Assembly (NCBI GenBank): GCA_007125155.1
Contig: SLDR01000010.1
Span: 24,490-88,489, forward strand
Direction: 5' to 3'
Length of the DNA: 64,000 bases
DNA from: Candidatus Campbellbacteria bacterium
Lineage (GTDB): Bacteria; Patescibacteriota; Minisyncoccia; Phycocordibacterales; CSBR16-193
Shown here: positions 20,291 through 30,449 of the stretch, piece after piece
How positions within the stretch are numbered: position 1 is the stretch's first letter
Layout: every line of letters starts with the position of its first letter
Notes under the pieces: generated by a model
The model's database searches: none
Told to the model about the DNA's origin: nothing
The model's input: the letters and a program-made list of their open reading frames with translations, nothing else
Position numbers and translations under genes: made by a program

Positions 20291-20302
20291 CCTTTAAAAA
20301 AT

Positions 20303-20944
20303 TTAGGAGTTTTTGATATAAGGAACGTAAGAGACCATTCCCGTAAATCGATCCACCTCTTTAAATTCCGCATTTATTTTACTGAATACGATAAGGTCGT
20401 TTCCTATCGGTGCCACCATAATGCCGTTTTCCCTAAGGCTTTCTTTCATTTTGTTGGGAATATCGTCGTGCCTTTCGAAGGCCGCATTTACAAGTATCTT
20501 GTCGAATCCGTCGGAGTATATAACATCTTCTTCCGACGCGTGAAAAACAGCCACATTGGGCGCCTTTTCATGGTAAGATGATGCCCTGTTGCGGGTCAGT
20601 TCCACGAACTCATTAATTATGTCGATCCCGACTACCTCCCCTCCCGCTCCGACCAAATACCCCAAGAGTACCGTCGTCCAGCCTGATCCGCACCCAACAT
20701 CAAGGACCCTTTCACCCCCTTTAGGTTGGAGTAAGGAAAGAGTGAAGGCCACTATGGTCGGTTGTGATATTGTCTGTCCGTAGCCTATGGGGAGCGGATA
20801 ATCTTCGTAAGCTTCGACACGGTGATCATTTTCCACGAAGTCACCTCTGTCAACGGCCATGAACGCCTCTTTAAGATCCGGCGTTAGGACCCCGGTGTTC
20901 TTTTCAAGGTGTTCAATTAGATCTTCATTACTTTTTTCATTCAT
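20303..20944 (-). CDS. pcm: Protein-L-isoaspartate O-methyltransferase
   Basis: GQTISQP substrate motif and SAM-binding VLDVGCGSGW. Confidence 0.9.
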   Translation of the reverse strand: MNEKSNEDLIEHLEKNTGVLTPDLKEAFMAVDRGDFVENDHRVEAYEDYPLPIGYGQTISQPTIVAFTLSLLQPKGGERVLDVGCGSGWTTVLLGYLVGAGGEVVGIDIINEFVELTRNRASSYHEKAPNVAVFHASEEDVIYSDGFDKILVNAAFERHDDIPNKMKESLRENGIMVAPIGNDLIVFSKINAEFKEVDRFTGMVSYVPYIKNS

Positions 20945-21021
20945 GGTCTCAATTAACCGGATAACAAATAACTTCGATCACCATTCAGATCCGATGTGAC
21001 CTATAGATAAAGTACCGTGTT

Positions 21022-21474
21022 TCAGTTGTAGATCGATCTGAACATCTTCCAAGCCGATGAAGCTCCACCTGAATCATTGTGGTGCTCTATTAGCATATCG
21101 GGATTGCTGTTAAGCGTTGTGTCGTCGCATAGATATTTTTCTCTGGCACCGTGGCGATTAAGTTGACTGAAAAAAGCATCCATGAGAGTAGCCAACGCAA
21201 CCACTTCAACCTTCATTATACATCTTACAGCCTTTTGGTCCTCTGAAGAATCCATCACATGACGGTAAAGGCGATCTGCGTATCTGTGAGCCAAATAAGA
21301 GCAATCGGAATTTTTTGCATTGTAGGTCTCGGCAAGCGAATCTATCTCTTTATCGTAAGTCTCGTTTCCGGACAGTATGAGATCGAGTGTTCTTATTATT
21401 GAAGCGATCTCCGAAGATAACCCGGGATGCTCTTCTTCCGGCGCATTTTTTCTTTTGGAGAGATATTCCAACAT
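21022..21474 (-). CDS. Hypothetical protein (150 aa)
   Basis: ORF only; no recognisable motifs. Confidence 0.45.
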   Translation of the reverse strand: MLEYLSKRKNAPEEEHPGLSSEIASIIRTLDLILSGNETYDKEIDSLAETYNAKNSDCSYLAHRYADRLYRHVMDSSEDQKAVRCIMKVEVVALATLMDAFFSQLNRHGAREKYLCDDTTLNSNPDMLIEHHNDSGGASSAWKMFRSIYN

Positions 21475-21543
21475 TTAATAATTATAACCTTATATATTCC
21501 TGTCAACAATACTTCAATGTGGAAATATCATGTCGGTGAGCCC

Positions 21544-22275
21544 TTACCTTGCGGTCCACCCTCCGTCGACATAAATGACCTCTCCCGTCACATATTTCGC
21601 TTCATCGGATGCCAAGTATATCGCTGTCGCCGCAATATCATTCGGCTCCCCCATGTGTCCCATCGGGGTATTGGATTTGACCATTTCATGGAACTCTTTG
21701 TTCTCTTTTACAACTTCGGTCATTTTGGTGTCAATGAATCCGGGCGCTATCGCGTTTACTCGGATCTTGAGATCAGACAGATCCAGTGCGCCGGAGTGAG
21801 TAAGCTGTACGACTCCGCCTTTACTTGCACAGTATGCAAGCGCATTTTTAAAACCGACTCTGCCTAGTATGGAACTTATGTTTATGATCGATCCTTGAAT
21901 ACCGTTCTCTTTCATATGTCTCGCGGAGGCTCTCATTCCGTAGAATGTTCCGGAAAGATTAATGCCGATCACTCTGTCCCAACCTTCGTTATCAGTATCC
22001 GTTATTCCACCGAGGGAACCGATACCCGCATTGTTGACCATTATGTCAAGGTGTCCGAACTTCGACACCGTTTCGGAAACCAACCTGTCAACTTGATCAC
22101 TTCTTGATACATCACACTTGATGAAGTGGGATCTTTCTGTAGATGTCGGACCACTCATTTCATTTATGTCTGAATATACGACGTTGGCACCTTCCGACAG
22201 GAAGGCGTCGGCAATGGCTCTACCTATACCGGAAGAAGAACCTGTTACTATGGCTGTTTTGTTGTTCAGTCTCAT
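21544..22275 (-). CDS. Short-chain dehydrogenase/reductase (FabG-like)
   Basis: TGSSSGIGRAIA Rossmann motif, NNAG, and catalytic YCASKGG (YxxxK). Confidence 0.85.
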   Translation of the reverse strand: MRLNNKTAIVTGSSSGIGRAIADAFLSEGANVVYSDINEMSGPTSTERSHFIKCDVSRSDQVDRLVSETVSKFGHLDIMVNNAGIGSLGGITDTDNEGWDRVIGINLSGTFYGMRASARHMKENGIQGSIINISSILGRVGFKNALAYCASKGGVVQLTHSGALDLSDLKIRVNAIAPGFIDTKMTEVVKENKEFHEMVKSNTPMGHMGEPNDIAATAIYLASDEAKYVTGEVIYVDGGWTAR

Positions 22276-22307
22276 ATAAATTTATTTTATCAATAATTAT
22301 GTTACGA

Positions 22308-22655
22308 TCAAACGTCAAATTTTTCAGCGAGATGACCGATAAGGGGAAGTTCGGTCTCCTTATCATTAAGCGCGTTCACGATCCCGATTATTATGAAGGC
22401 CAAAAGCAAAAGTGAGCCGACCGAATATATTATGTACCCCAATATCGGCATAGTAAGAACCAGGAGAAGGAACAGCCATAGTACCAAAAGCAGGACTCCT
22501 TGTTTCAGATGAAATTTTACAAATTCATCATCCTTTGCGAGTAGAAAGGGTATTATTATCAATATCCCCAGATAAGCCAGGACTGCATAAAGCTTCCTGT
22601 CTTGCTTCTCGATCCCCGACCCCTCTTTTGTGTTCTCTTTTTGATCGTCATCCAT
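22308..22655 (-). CDS. Small membrane protein, DUF4870-like
   Basis: YLGILIIIPFLLAKDDEFVKFHLKQG pattern with 2-3 TM helices. Confidence 0.55.
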   Translation of the reverse strand: MDDDQKENTKEGSGIEKQDRKLYAVLAYLGILIIIPFLLAKDDEFVKFHLKQGVLLLVLWLFLLLVLTMPILGYIIYSVGSLLLLAFIIIGIVNALNDKETELPLIGHLAEKFDV

Positions 22656-22880
22656 ATTTCACCTTTAATTACGGTTTATTAAAATAATTCATATTATTAT
22701 ACTATATTTTTTACCACTCTCCTTAATTTGCCAATTTTTATTTGCGAGATGACGTATCCACTCTTACCGATTCGATACAGGTATTGAGGCCGCCTTTAAG
22801 TCTTGATAGGGCAAAGGATCTGTGGTATGGTTCCGTTCGGACATCGAACCTTTTAACCTTATCAAAGGAGGTGCCGGATC

Positions 22881-23210
22881 ATGCCTTCAAAGGAGTGTGT
22901 CGATAAGAATACGGAAGGCGTATCACGTATCTTATATTATCTCTCTGAAGGGTCAAAGGAAGTCGAGGAAATATGCGGAGGCTGTGAAGAGATTCATATT
23001 ATAACGGTCTCATTTTATGAGGAGGTATTCGCGGAGCTTGAAAGCGGAGAAGTCAAATACTTCGAGGAACTTATTCTCAGGAAAAGCGAGTATCCCGCAT
23101 GTCCCGACTGCCGGGGAAATCCTTTTTTTAACTTCACTAAACTGATAGGAGAGGTCAGAGAGGAGCTCGACAGAGAGAGGAAGGAGGAGTCTAAAAAGAT
23201 AAAGCAGTGA
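22881..23210 (+). CDS. Hypothetical Cys-containing protein (109 aa)
   Basis: AAAGGAGGTG RBS and its own terminator. Two cysteine pairs, CGGCEE and CPDC, suggest metal binding. Confidence 0.6.
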   Translation: MPSKECVDKNTEGVSRILYYLSEGSKEVEEICGGCEEIHIITVSFYEEVFAELESGEVKYFEELILRKSEYPACPDCRGNPFFNFTKLIGEVREELDRERKEESKKIKQ

Positions 23211-23215
23211 TCCAT

Positions 23216-23250
23216 GATCCCCGCCGATGCGATCGGCGGGGATCTTTCTT
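23216..23250 (+). terminator. Rho-independent terminator
   Basis: 13-bp stem GATCCCCGCCGAT/ATCGGCGGGGATC with a GCG loop, followed by TTTCTT. Confidence 0.65.
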
Positions 23251-23273
23251 ATCGTCACCTTCGATGTATTCCG

Positions 23274-24275
23274 CTACCCCCTATATTTCAAGGGGACTTT
23301 ACCATCCTTGGACAAACTATTCACGACATCATCATAAGTATCCCTTAACGAAGAGTTGTACTTATCCGTGGCGTATCTGGGGATATCTATCGTCTTTCTT
23401 CTTTCCTCAAGTAGAGAATTTATGATATCCAGTATCTCTTTCTGCTTGATCACCACTTCGTCTGTATCTTTGAATTTGCATTCCCCTTCCTTTGCGCATG
23501 CAATGAAGGTCTCGAGCTGTAATTTTATCTGCTCCATGAAGAATATTTGGTAGTGATGTTCTGAGGCCTTAATGTTCGAGCCGGACTTTTCCTTCATTTG
23601 TTCGTACTTAATTTCGATCAGTTCGTCCAGTCCGCTATTTTGCACGCCTACTATAACCGAAGGTATCATCTCTATAGGTCCTTTGTACTCGTTATCAAAC
23701 GGGTCGGGTGATTGGAAGTACTTTATTTCCCCAAGTTTACCCCTAAGGACACCGCTTATGATATTCTTCATTTTTTTGTCGCAATTCTCACTCGGATAGT
23801 CGCCGCTTTTGGCATCAATGCAGAGCTTGGGCGTGTCGTTGCCCTCCCTACCGTCAAGTTTGAACTCCATTATGATATCGGTGCCTCTGAAGACGTCGTC
23901 AAACTCGGAAGCCTTGATGGTCATGGCTTCATCTCCGAACCAAGAGTTCTCCTCGAGGCTGTCCAAAAGAATAAGTTCCAAAAGCTCCGATCTTTTTGTT
24001 CTGGGAACCCAATCGGGATCTCTTTTTTTCTTTTCAATTTTCTCATGATCTTTTTCGATCGCTTCTTTACCGAATATTTCCTCAAAATCATTCATCTTTA
24101 TCATCTGTTCTTCGTATCTCTTGCGGAGCTCCATTAAAATATGATCCTCCATCTCTTCGACGCCGGGGTTGCCATCACTCGGTGTTACAGTTAATTGTTT
24201 TTCGATCTTTGATCTCATTTTGATTCTTTTATTTATTAAGAGGTGATCAATTTCAATGATAATATCATAAGGCAA
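23274..24275 (-). CDS. Hypothetical protein (333 aa, acidic, coiled-coil rich)
   Basis: ORF with typical codon usage and no recognisable domain. The start is uncertain: M1 overlaps the upstream gene by 11 nt, and M20 at 24218 is an alternative. Confidence 0.5.
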   Translation of the reverse strand: MPYDIIIEIDHLLINKRIKMRSKIEKQLTVTPSDGNPGVEEMEDHILMELRKRYEEQMIKMNDFEEIFGKEAIEKDHEKIEKKKRDPDWVPRTKRSELLELILLDSLEENSWFGDEAMTIKASEFDDVFRGTDIIMEFKLDGREGNDTPKLCIDAKSGDYPSENCDKKMKNIISGVLRGKLGEIKYFQSPDPFDNEYKGPIEMIPSVIVGVQNSGLDELIEIKYEQMKEKSGSNIKASEHHYQIFFMEQIKLQLETFIACAKEGECKFKDTDEVVIKQKEILDIINSLLEERRKTIDIPRYATDKYNSSLRDTYDDVVNSLSKDGKVPLKYRG

Positions 24276-24801
24276 CGAAGGTAGAGATCACCACTTCTCC
24301 TTCGCTTACAAGCGGGGTATCCAGTTCGGTATCGAACAAACGATCCCGATCTTCCTCTCTGTCGGCGACCACATATATCACCGCATGGTAAGGTTCTCCA
24401 CTGACCGTGCTCCTTAAAAGCTCCACCCGGCCGGTCGTCTCTTCTCGCCCGAAAAGACCGGCTCCAAGTATGTTACCGGGTTCTCCGTCGGAGTCTTCAT
24501 GTATGACAATCCACCGACTTTCGTTCAAAAACATTTCCGATATCAGTACCCGCTCACCCGCCTCTTGGTCGGGAATATGGATCCTATCCCCATTTTCCTC
24601 TATGGTCATTATCTCTTCATTATGTTCTTCATCCTCCAATCCCCCGTTATCATGTTCCGGATCCTCAGTTCCGACACTTTCTTCAACACTTTTTGAAAAA
24701 AACATGATCAACGCAACCGATATGAAAGCTATCATGAAGATGACGATCTTTGCCATTGGTGTAAGGCCCGAAAAAAAATTTGTTTGTCCTCCCTGCTTCA
24801 T
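24265..24801 (-). CDS. Hypothetical membrane-anchored or secreted protein (178 aa)
   Basis: N-terminal hydrophobic helix (IVIFMIAFISVALIMFF) followed by an acidic soluble domain. Confidence 0.5.
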   Translation of the reverse strand: MKQGGQTNFFSGLTPMAKIVIFMIAFISVALIMFFSKSVEESVGTEDPEHDNGGLEDEEHNEEIMTIEENGDRIHIPDQEAGERVLISEMFLNESRWIVIHEDSDGEPGNILGAGLFGREETTGRVELLRSTVSGEPYHAVIYVVADREEDRDRLFDTELDTPLVSEGEVVISTFVAL

Positions 24802-24851
24802 ATGTTCTTAGTATTAAGTTATTGGTAATTAAAATTTAATAACGTCGTTAC

Positions 24852-25724
24852 CTATTCATGAGGCCGACGGTCCTTGTGTTCTCGGTTATTATTGAGATCG
24901 ATGATCGATTCGGCTTCGCTTAAAACGGTTTTATGTTTTTTTGGGTTAACTCCATAGAGTTCCAGCTTTTCCGAGTGTTCAACAATATCACGGCAGAGCA
25001 CCACGTTGTTTTCCATAAGTCTTTTCTTTTCCTTTTTTGAAAGACTTGTTATGGCCGTTACGGGATGTAGCTTGCTTTTTTCGATCAGGTCTTGAAGGTT
25101 CCCTTCTTTCGGGTGGTTCCAGCTGATCATATTTATGCCCGCGCATTCTCCGTAAGTCAGGGCGCTTTTGGTGAACTTGGTATTTGTTATAAGCCAGACC
25201 GCGTGAGGCTTCGTTTTGGCCGAAAGGTGCGGACTTTCCCACAGATCGTCAAAACGCGCCTTAACGAACAATGCCGTCTGCAGGTTGCTTTTGATCCCGT
25301 GTTCATTATGAAACTTGGTTTCCGCTACAAATATATGGGAATCATGACGGGCCAAAAAGTCGATCTCATGCTCTATGCACATCCCCTTCATCATGAGGCC
25401 GACCTCGGTCTCATAACCCAGTCTTGAGAAGACCCTGGCAACGAATTTCTCGAAAGGAAATCCCGTGGGACCCAATCCCATCACGGCTTCATTCAGGGAG
25501 TAACTGAGCGCGGCTTCTTTTTTGATCTTTTTAAGTTCGGAAAAGGCCTTTCGATAGATCTTTCTGGTCGTGATCCCTTTGTAAAGAATTTCCCTTATTT
25601 TTTCCAGCACTATTTCCGATTCCTCCCCCGACGCGCCCGCAAGATCCAAGGAATTTTTAAGTTTTGCGGGGTTGAAAACTTCCGTGTCTCCGTTTGCTTT
25701 TTTTACGATGGTATCGAAGCTCAT
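24852..25724 (-). CDS. ATP-cone domain fused to an Mrr-like (PD-D/ExK) restriction endonuclease domain
   Basis: N-terminal IVKKANGDTEVFNPAKLKNSL matches the ATP-cone (VIKRdGxxExFdxxKI). The central EHEIDFLARHDSHIFVAETKFH matches the Mrr catalytic D-x(n)-E-x-K core. Confidence 0.65.
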   Translation of the reverse strand: MSFDTIVKKANGDTEVFNPAKLKNSLDLAGASGEESEIVLEKIREILYKGITTRKIYRKAFSELKKIKKEAALSYSLNEAVMGLGPTGFPFEKFVARVFSRLGYETEVGLMMKGMCIEHEIDFLARHDSHIFVAETKFHNEHGIKSNLQTALFVKARFDDLWESPHLSAKTKPHAVWLITNTKFTKSALTYGECAGINMISWNHPKEGNLQDLIEKSKLHPVTAITSLSKKEKKRLMENNVVLCRDIVEHSEKLELYGVNPKKHKTVLSEAESIIDLNNNREHKDRRPHE

Positions 25725-26824
25725 TGGTACTTGATGATATCAATAATACCTCCACCTATGCAACGTTCCTTATCGTAAATAACAAGGGATTGTCCGACGG
25801 CGAGTCCGTGCAGAGGTTCCTTTAATGATACCACGGGCCCGTTCTTTTTGAGCGATACACGACAAGATACTTCGGTCTGCCTGTATCTGGTCATACACGA
25901 AAGATCCTGACCTTCAAGTTCTTCGATCGAATTATCCGGTATCCAGTTCTCATCCGAAATGATCACCTCTTTCGACTTGTGGTTTTGAGGATTTTGAGAA
26001 ACTTTCAATGTATTCGATCCCGCGTCTTTTTCTATTATGTAAAATGGATCACTGTCCGGGGTTTTTTTCTCTACGGTGAAACCGTGTCTTTGTCCGATGG
26101 TGTAAAAATGGGATCCATCATGAAAACCAATGATATTCCCCCTCTCATCAACAACATCTCCTTTGACCGGTGGAATGTACTGTGAGAGAAAGTGCTTTAG
26201 ATCCACTTCACCTATAAAACAGATCCCCTGACTGTCCTTTTTTGTGGCCGTTGGCAGACCTGCAGAAAGAGCCTCTTTACGGACATCCCTTTTTTGCATT
26301 TCACCGATGGGAAAAAGAGTTTTAGAGAAGACCTCGGAATCTACCGCCCAAAGAAAATATGACTGGTCCTTATTATCGTCTATTCCTTTGAAAAGCTGAT
26401 ATTCCTCCTTTCCTTCTTTATTTATATTCTTTATTCTGGCATAGTGGCCGGTCGCGATAAGATCCGCCCTCTCTTCCTCTATTGCCCATTTGTAAAAAAG
26501 ACCGAATTTTACAAATCTGTTGCACATAACATCCGGATTCGGTGTCCTGCCCGCTCTATATTCTTCGATCATATATTCAGTGACCTTTTTTTCGTAATGC
26601 TCCTTTGCATCGAATGTTTTAAAAGGGATGTCGAGTACGTCGCATACTTTCATGGCGTCGCGTCGGTCTTCTCCGGAAGTGCACCTTATGAAATCCGGTT
26701 GCCAGGTATCAATAAAAACACCTACAACATTGTATCCTTTTTTCTTCAGTATCATTGCGGTGACCGAGCTGTCGACCCCTCCGGAAAGTCCCACGTATAC
26801 GACCTCTTTATTTTTCGTTGTCAT
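25721..26824 (-). CDS. mnmA: tRNA-specific 2-thiouridylase MnmA
   Basis: PP-loop GLSGGVDSSV, and CNRFVKFG with the catalytic Cys. Confidence 0.9.
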   Translation of the reverse strand: MTTKNKEVVYVGLSGGVDSSVTAMILKKKGYNVVGVFIDTWQPDFIRCTSGEDRRDAMKVCDVLDIPFKTFDAKEHYEKKVTEYMIEEYRAGRTPNPDVMCNRFVKFGLFYKWAIEEERADLIATGHYARIKNINKEGKEEYQLFKGIDDNKDQSYFLWAVDSEVFSKTLFPIGEMQKRDVRKEALSAGLPTATKKDSQGICFIGEVDLKHFLSQYIPPVKGDVVDERGNIIGFHDGSHFYTIGQRHGFTVEKKTPDSDPFYIIEKDAGSNTLKVSQNPQNHKSKEVIISDENWIPDNSIEELEGQDLSCMTRYRQTEVSCRVSLKKNGPVVSLKEPLHGLAVGQSLVIYDKERCIGGGIIDIIKYQ

Positions 26825-26923
26825 TATTAATAAATTATCATTTATGTTTTTTATTTACAAAAAACCCTTTTTAAAAAAAGATCCTTGTAATTCAATAATG
26901 GGACGAAAATTTGACCGGGTCTG

Positions 26924-27892
26924 TTACTGTCTCAAGTAATTCGCACGATTGTATTGATGACCGTCAAAATCCTCGGCATAGTACATATTCCCGGCAAGAT
27001 CGGAAAGAAAATACCAGTAAGGGTTCTCCAAAGGATCCATGGCCGCTTTTATGGCGTTGGCACCCGGATTGTTTATGGGCGTAGGAGGAAGACCCGTGAA
27101 CAGGTATGTGTTGTAAGGGTTGTCTATCTGAAGGTCTTCGAGGGTGAGTTGATAAGTATTTTTGTTATTTACATATATGAAGGTTGCGTCGACCTGAAGG
27201 GGCATCCCGGCATCATATCTCCTCCAGAGGATATCGGCGACCTTCCTCTTGCTCTCGACTGTGTTTGCCTCGGCTTCAAGAATGGATGCCATTATTATAA
27301 TGTCTTCGATCGATCGGTCCGTTTCCTTATCTTCTTTGATGCCGTTCAGTCTTGTTTCGAAGTTTCGCTCCATCCGATCAACTATCATTTCGGTTGTGAT
27401 GGAAGGGAAGAAAAAGTAAGTATCCGGAGCGAGGTATCCTTCTTTTGCGAGTGAGAAGAAAACTTCTCTGTCGAAGTTCTCAAATCTTTCATCAAGATAG
27501 CCGGCGATCCTCTCCAGACCCCATCCTTCAATAATGGTGACTCTCATAGGTCTCTTTCCATGGTCCCCCTCCACTATTCTTCTGGCGACATGATGAACGT
27601 GTGCCGGTTCGTGGAAATAATAGTCCCCGGCCGGTATGATATGTTCTCCCTTATAAAGAATGACGAATATTCTAAACCAGAATGATGATCGAATGACGTT
27701 CTCTTCTCGCATTTGCTCAGCTATGGTCGCCAGACTGCTACCTTCCTCTATCTCAACAGTTATTGAACCATTTATATCACCCGGTGGCGCTATGAACATC
27801 ACAAAGGTCACTATTGATATACATATCAACAGTATCGTTGATTTAAGGATGACCCAGCCAATGGACCTTTTTCTTTTATTGATGTTGATCAT
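26924..27892 (-). CDS. mltG: Endolytic murein transglycosylase MltG (YceG-like)
   Basis: N-terminal TM anchor plus the YceG domain (LQVDATFIY...YNTYLFTGLPPTPINNPG). Confidence 0.9.
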   Translation of the reverse strand: MININKRKRSIGWVILKSTILLICISIVTFVMFIAPPGDINGSITVEIEEGSSLATIAEQMREENVIRSSFWFRIFVILYKGEHIIPAGDYYFHEPAHVHHVARRIVEGDHGKRPMRVTIIEGWGLERIAGYLDERFENFDREVFFSLAKEGYLAPDTYFFFPSITTEMIVDRMERNFETRLNGIKEDKETDRSIEDIIIMASILEAEANTVESKRKVADILWRRYDAGMPLQVDATFIYVNNKNTYQLTLEDLQIDNPYNTYLFTGLPPTPINNPGANAIKAAMDPLENPYWYFLSDLAGNMYYAEDFDGHQYNRANYLRQ

Positions 27893-27935
27893 TTTTTTTT
27901 AAATATTACTTTGCGGTCTACGCGAATCCTTTCGA

Positions 27936-29300
27936 TCAGACAGGGAGATCTGAGGGAGCGTCACCTTTCCTTGAAGTCACTCTCTGCAGTGTCGGGGTTG
28001 CCGATGATTCACCCGGGATGTGGAATATTGTCGCTAATTCCTCGGTACTCATTACTCCGTGTGGAGATTTGTAGGGAGGATAGAAATAGGATCTCCATCT
28101 GTAAGCGTTATACATCTGCTTCGAGACCCTCTTTTTCCTGAACCCTTTGTAATCCTGCCATGGGTAGTCGAAAACGGTATGTCCTCTTGTGGGTGCGAAT
28201 CCATTCATGTGTTCATAGTTGTATTGTTTGAATACGCTGACCAAACCGCTTATTGTGATAGGGTCAAAAGAGTCTTTCTCGGATATATACAAGGATCTTA
28301 TACCTACATCAAATGCTCTTTTGCTAAGGTTTCTTTCTATGGCTTTTATCGTCTCCGCCTGCCAAGTGGTCAGATTTATGGATGGAGCCCCCTCGGGAAC
28401 TTCGTCTATTCTGAGCGAAAGCTTGGGGGGCGCATTGTCCTTAATGATCTTTTGTATTATTTTTTGTCCTTCGTCCTTCCAATCAACCTTTCCGAAAAAA
28501 GAACCGGGTTTTTTCTTTTCCTTTTTATGTGCTCTTACAAGTATCTGTATCCACACAGCCTCTCCTCTGTTCAATGATGCCAAAAACTCAAGAACGGAGT
28601 TCATCGGATCGACGATGTATTCTTCTTTTATCTCTCTGTCCAATCCGTAGTCGATATATGTTCTAATCGGATAAGGGTCAGGCTTGGTGAGCTTGTATTC
28701 GCATGCCCAAAAATTGTATTTTTCCAGATCGAAAGGAATGTAATCGGTATAGTCTTCGACCTCGTAGACCTCGGCATCGGGGTATTGGGAATATATTGCC
28801 GCCTCTATGTGCCTCCTCCAGTTCTTCCGCATCCATATAAAGAAGTGGATCCTCCCTTCAAGAGATACCATTTCCAGTGAGAACCACGGACGTGTCTTCC
28901 CCTTTATCCAACGATCGATGAAAGTTCCTTCTCCCCCTGTCTGATGAAATGCTTCCAACAGAAGTTCCATGGCTATAAGGGGCTTTTTGGTGTCTTTTGG
29001 AACCTTTACCTCCATCAGTATCGTCTCTTGATCCATGAAAAAAGAGATCCGCTTATATGCCATGTAGGTATTTATGGCCGCCATGGTAAAGATCACGGGC
29101 AAAAAGATCAGAAGGACACCCAGCAACACTCTGAGAAAGATCTCTATGTTCCCGCCAGTTAGCCCGATGAGCAACAGAAGGCCGATGATCGAAAAAAAAG
29201 GCATCAAACCGACCATTACGTATATGGCGATTAGAACCTTTCTGTCCTGATCTTTCTTCTGTTCCTCTTCCGACGGAGGTGAGATCGATGTTTCCGGCAT
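27936..29300 (-). CDS. Hypothetical membrane protein (454 aa; 2 N-terminal TM helices plus a large soluble domain)
   Basis: Two hydrophobic helices followed by a soluble domain with a C-terminal MSTEELATIFHIPG motif. No Walker motifs. Family not recognised. Confidence 0.55.
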   Translation of the reverse strand: MPETSISPPSEEEQKKDQDRKVLIAIYVMVGLMPFFSIIGLLLLIGLTGGNIEIFLRVLLGVLLIFLPVIFTMAAINTYMAYKRISFFMDQETILMEVKVPKDTKKPLIAMELLLEAFHQTGGEGTFIDRWIKGKTRPWFSLEMVSLEGRIHFFIWMRKNWRRHIEAAIYSQYPDAEVYEVEDYTDYIPFDLEKYNFWACEYKLTKPDPYPIRTYIDYGLDREIKEEYIVDPMNSVLEFLASLNRGEAVWIQILVRAHKKEKKKPGSFFGKVDWKDEGQKIIQKIIKDNAPPKLSLRIDEVPEGAPSINLTTWQAETIKAIERNLSKRAFDVGIRSLYISEKDSFDPITISGLVSVFKQYNYEHMNGFAPTRGHTVFDYPWQDYKGFRKKRVSKQMYNAYRWRSYFYPPYKSPHGVMSTEELATIFHIPGESSATPTLQRVTSRKGDAPSDLPV

Positions 29301-29308
29301 ACTTGCCC

Positions 29309-30349
29309 TTATTCTACCACATGATAGAGGCCGTCTTCATCCTTTACAAAATGATTCGGATTTTGAAGGTTTACAAGTATGGTGTTCTCTCTGACGAATC
29401 TCTCCTTAAGAACCTCCTTTATTATCTCGTCTGCGGGAAGAGGGCCCTTTTGCTTTAGTATCCTTTTTATAACATCCCTGACAACTCCGCCCGTATATCC
29501 CCATTCCTTTAGAGCGTAGAGTCCTCGGCCTACCAGTACGAATCGGGGATCCTTTATGAGTTCGTTATGGGTAGTGGCAACATGGGCCTTCTTATTGAAA
29601 ATCTCTTCTATAGTTTTGGCGACCTCTCGGAAATGGATCGGTCTCCCTTGTTTTCTTAATACCAAAAATGCGTAATCCCGCATTCCTTTGGTGTTTATAT
29701 TTTTAGAATCTGCCTTCCCCCATTCTCCCAGAGGATTTTTTGATATTTTTTTAGATATTGAAAGCCATCTCCTGGCGATCTCTTCCTTTTTATAATCATC
29801 CGATACGTCCTCGAGGTATCTGAGAAATCTTTTTATCATGTCCGGTTCGGAGACCAATTCTTCATTGGACAGACTTTGGTAGAGCTTATGGAGGGATTCG
29901 TGTATCTTGCTCGAGAGGTCGGGATCAACGTGCCAACGATGTTTAAAAAGGTCGTCTTCTTTTTCTTTGTTGAAGTAATCGTCCAGATAAAGAAGAAACT
30001 GAAAGTGATTCCTGGTCTCCTTATCATCTGAAAGATAAGAGAGGAGATCCTCTTCGGATACGACAGCCCCCAGACCTTTGATTATGTCGTGTAGCTCATC
30101 AAAAACATGCGAGTATTTTTTGTATTCTTTGGATGATTTGATGGTTGATATGGAGTGTTTTTCGATCTGTCGAACACGCTCTCGAGTTATTCCATACTTC
30201 TTGCCTATAGCCTCAAGTGTTCTTTTTTCAGTATTTTTACCGAGACCATGACGTTCCGTTATTATTTCTTTGCCTCGGTCGGAAAGGGATTGCAATAAAG
30301 CTTTATTGACTTGTTTAGGTTTAAAGGTAACTATTGCGGTTTTTGGCAT
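29309..30349 (-). CDS. Putative transcription regulator: sigma-70 region-4 HTH plus C-terminal HARE-HTH domain
   Basis: N-terminal LEAIGKKYGITRERVRQIEKHSI is a sigma-70 region-4 HTH. The C-terminal MRDYAFLVLRKQGRPIHFREVAKTIEEI...GRGLYAL is a HARE-HTH. The start is ambiguous between ATG 30349 and TTG 30400. Confidence 0.55.
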   Translation of the reverse strand: MPKTAIVTFKPKQVNKALLQSLSDRGKEIITERHGLGKNTEKRTLEAIGKKYGITRERVRQIEKHSISTIKSSKEYKKYSHVFDELHDIIKGLGAVVSEEDLLSYLSDDKETRNHFQFLLYLDDYFNKEKEDDLFKHRWHVDPDLSSKIHESLHKLYQSLSNEELVSEPDMIKRFLRYLEDVSDDYKKEEIARRWLSISKKISKNPLGEWGKADSKNINTKGMRDYAFLVLRKQGRPIHFREVAKTIEEIFNKKAHVATTHNELIKDPRFVLVGRGLYALKEWGYTGGVVRDVIKRILKQKGPLPADEIIKEVLKERFVRENTILVNLQNPNHFVKDEDGLYHVVE

Positions 30350-30449
30350 TTTGATTTTTATATGAATAAACTTGACCTCTTTTATTATTTTTTTATTCAA
30401 ACGTGCTAGGATTTATACCATATATAAAAATATTTTTCAAACATTTTCT

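Noticed and set aside
22690-22880. Possible riboswitch in the 190-nt leader of the Cys-rich gene at 22881
   Set aside because: Some local hairpins (GGTTC...GAACC), but I could not match any known riboswitch consensus or find a convincing promoter. Insufficient evidence.
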